Part shown: one piece after another, positions 62,164 to 64,000 of the stretch | Layout of the letters: each line of letters starts with the position of its first letter | Position numbering within the stretch: position 1 is the first letter of the stretch | Virus record (IMG/VR): IMGVR_UViG_3300017917_002605 | Location: 46,471 to 110,470 of that record | Reading direction: 5' to 3' (one strand) | Length of the DNA stretch: 64,000 nt | From: a virus | Taxonomy: Duplodnaviria; Heunggongvirae; Uroviricota; Caudoviricetes | Position numbers and translations under genes: made by a program | The notes under the pieces: model-generated | Seen by the model: the letters and a program-made list of their open reading frames with translations, nothing else | What the model was told of the DNA's origin: nothing | Databases searched by the model: none

Positions 62164-62402
62164 AACTTGCCAACGAAAAATATCCAGGTGAGTTGAATGA
62201 ACTTAGAGAAATGGTCAATCGTTACCGAACCATCTTCAGGCATTCGCTCGCCGACAAAACAGGATATTATTTCATTTGTGGTGAGGCAGGCAAAAAGGAT
62301 GAATTAGGACTTCCTGAAGCAGTATTGATTTGCCCTCAACATGGTGCAGATGGTTTTGCTATCTACACCAAAACTACGGAATATTCCGCACCAGAGTATT
62401 AA
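62160..62402 (+). CDS. hypothetical protein
   Basis: ATGA-coupled. Confidence 0.5.
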   Translation: MKLANEKYPGELNELREMVNRYRTIFRHSLADKTGYYFICGEAGKKDELGLPEAVLICPQHGADGFAIYTKTTEYSAPEY

Positions 62403-62403
62403 C

Positions 62404-62907
62404 ATGGTAAGAAAAATTTATTTAGATATGGATGGCGTTATCGCCAATTTTGAAAAAAGGTATTTCGAACGATACAACGAAATGCCAGGTACATCACGTG
62501 ACAGGAAAGAATGGTCTAATAATTGGACTGACTTTGTTACCACAAGACAATTTGAAACACTTGAGTATTGGCCTGAGGCTGAACAGTTGCTTGAATATCT
62601 TGCTGAGGTTAACAAAAAAGTTCCGATTGAAATTCTAACTTCAAGTGGTGGACCAAAATACCACGACCTAGTTGCCGAACAGAAAGTTATCTGGTTGTGC
62701 AACAAAGGAATTCCCTACAAACCTAACGTTGTACCAGGTAGGGCAAGAAAATCATCATGGGCTGAACCAGATTTCGTATTGATTGACGATACCGCAGATG
62801 TTATCGAAGGTTGGGTACGCAAGGGTGGTACCGGCATTCTTTACAGAAATTTTGATGACTGTAGGAAAATGTTGGAGTTTTTCTTGACAGACCGCATATA
62901 TACATGA
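62404..62907 (+). CDS. 5'(3')-deoxyribonucleotidase (HAD superfamily)
   Basis: IYLDMDGVIANF HAD motif I; start at the ATG giving MVRKIYLDMDGV. Confidence 0.7.
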   Translation: MVRKIYLDMDGVIANFEKRYFERYNEMPGTSRDRKEWSNNWTDFVTTRQFETLEYWPEAEQLLEYLAEVNKKVPIEILTSSGGPKYHDLVAEQKVIWLCNKGIPYKPNVVPGRARKSSWAEPDFVLIDDTADVIEGWVRKGGTGILYRNFDDCRKMLEFFLTDRIYT

Positions 62908-62973
62908 TATACTATGCATATTGTGGATAAGACGTTTATACATCGACATACTTTTTAATACAAGGAAATACAT

Positions 62974-63870
62974 ATGAGTTCATTTGCAAATCTTAAGCGT
63001 AACCGTTCTTCCCTGGACAAACTAACCAAGGCAATCGAACAATCTACGCAAACTGCCGAAGCAGGTTCTAAAGACGATAATCGTTTCTGGCAACCTGAAG
63101 TTGACAAGGCAGGTAACGGCATGGCAATCATCCGTTTTCTCCCAGCTCCTTCCATTGATGGTGACGATGCTCTTCCTTGGGCACGTACATTCTCCCATGG
63201 CTTCCAAGGACCTGGTGGTTGGTTCATTGATAACTGCTTGACTACCATTAACGAAAAGTGTCCTGTGTGCGAACACAACAACACTCTTTGGAATTCTGGT
63301 ATCGAAGCGAACAAGGACATTGCACGTAAACAGAAGCGTAAACTTCAATACGTTGCAAACGTTCTGATTGTTTCTGACCCTAAGCATCCAGAAAACGAAG
63401 GTCAAATCAAACTGTTCAAGTTTGGTAAGAAGATTTTCGACAAGATTTCTGAAGCGATGAATCCTGAGTTTGAGGATGAAACACCTCTGAACCCATTCGA
63501 CTTCTGGGAAGGTGCCAACTTCAAGTTGAAGATTCGTAATGTTGAAGGTTATCGCAACTACGACAAGTCTGAATTTGATTCACAAACAGCACTGTTCGGT
63601 GGTGATGATGAAAAACTTGAAGAAATCTGGAAGAAAGAATATTCTCTGAAGGAATTCACCGACAAGAAGAACTACAAACCTTACGAACAACTCAAGGGTC
63701 GCCTTGACAAGGTTCTTGGTTTTGATGGTACTGCTGTCAACCTAAAGTCTAAGGCTGCTGATGCACCTGCTTTTGTTGAAGATGATGTTTCATTCGACAC
63801 AACTAGCAAAGCTGCTGATTCTGGCGATGATGATATGGATTATTTCAAGTCTCTCGCTGAGCAAGACTAA
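62974..63870 (+). CDS. 32: single-stranded DNA-binding protein (T4 gp32-like)
   Basis: VDKAGNGMAIIRFLP and LFKFGKKIFDKI match T4 gp32 blocks; acidic C-terminal tail. Confidence 0.85.
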   Translation: MSSFANLKRNRSSLDKLTKAIEQSTQTAEAGSKDDNRFWQPEVDKAGNGMAIIRFLPAPSIDGDDALPWARTFSHGFQGPGGWFIDNCLTTINEKCPVCEHNNTLWNSGIEANKDIARKQKRKLQYVANVLIVSDPKHPENEGQIKLFKFGKKIFDKISEAMNPEFEDETPLNPFDFWEGANFKLKIRNVEGYRNYDKSEFDSQTALFGGDDEKLEEIWKKEYSLKEFTDKKNYKPYEQLKGRLDKVLGFDGTAVNLKSKAADAPAFVEDDVSFDTTSKAADSGDDDMDYFKSLAEQD

Positions 63871-63890
63871 AATCTAATCAAATGATTTTG

Positions 63891-63915
63891 AACCCCGCCT
63901 AGTGCGGGGTTTTTT
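63891..63915 (+). terminator. rho-independent terminator
   Basis: AACCCCGC-CTAGT-GCGGGGTT followed by TTTTT. Confidence 0.75.
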
Positions 63916-64000
63916 ATGCGTTTCTGGTAACCAATCTACCTAGAACATCACGTTCACAGGATATAACACTATTTTTTGTAGTGTTGACAACGGTAGTTGA

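Overview
This window reads as a contiguous piece of a large virulent dsDNA phage genome, with essentially every supportable gene on the + strand. It has three parts. (i) 1-35 kb: a lysis cassette (spanin pair and GH19 endolysin), a nucleotide-metabolism block (gp61-like primase, ThyX, NrdA, thioredoxin-like, NrdB, secreted nuclease, PhoH), a secreted protein carrying about 19 tandem 20-aa Cys repeats, a vWA protein, DexA-like exonuclease, ATP-dependent DNA ligase, and many small ORFs including a six-member paralog family. (ii) 35.2-43.5 kb: an array of about 36 tRNA genes driven by consensus sigma70 promoters, interrupted by a metallophosphatase, two small ORFs and a TROVE/Ro60-like vWA protein, with spacer hairpin cassettes, tRNA fragments and a circularly permuted tRNA-like element between the tRNAs. 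(iii) 43.5-64 kb: RNase H (T4 rnh-like), a nucleotidyltransferase-cupin / glycosyltransferase / epimerase module, ClpP-like protease, RNA-ligase-like protein, MazG-like protein, PD-(D/E)XK nuclease, SleB-like hydrolase, 5'-deoxyribonucleotidase and gp32-like SSB. The two observations most worth a second look are a circularly permuted (two-piece) tmRNA gene at about 58.48-58.78 kb, and the Ro60-like protein paired with a Y-RNA-like permuted tRNA mimic inside the tRNA array. A recurring promoter/5'UTR cassette (TTGCCA-N16-TGTATAAT, often followed by GTTGAGTTGATAAGGACATTGAAATG) occurs about 14 times. All coordinates come from manual reading of the sequence; tRNA boundaries and anticodons were folded by hand and should be re-checked with tRNAscan-SE/ARAGORN.
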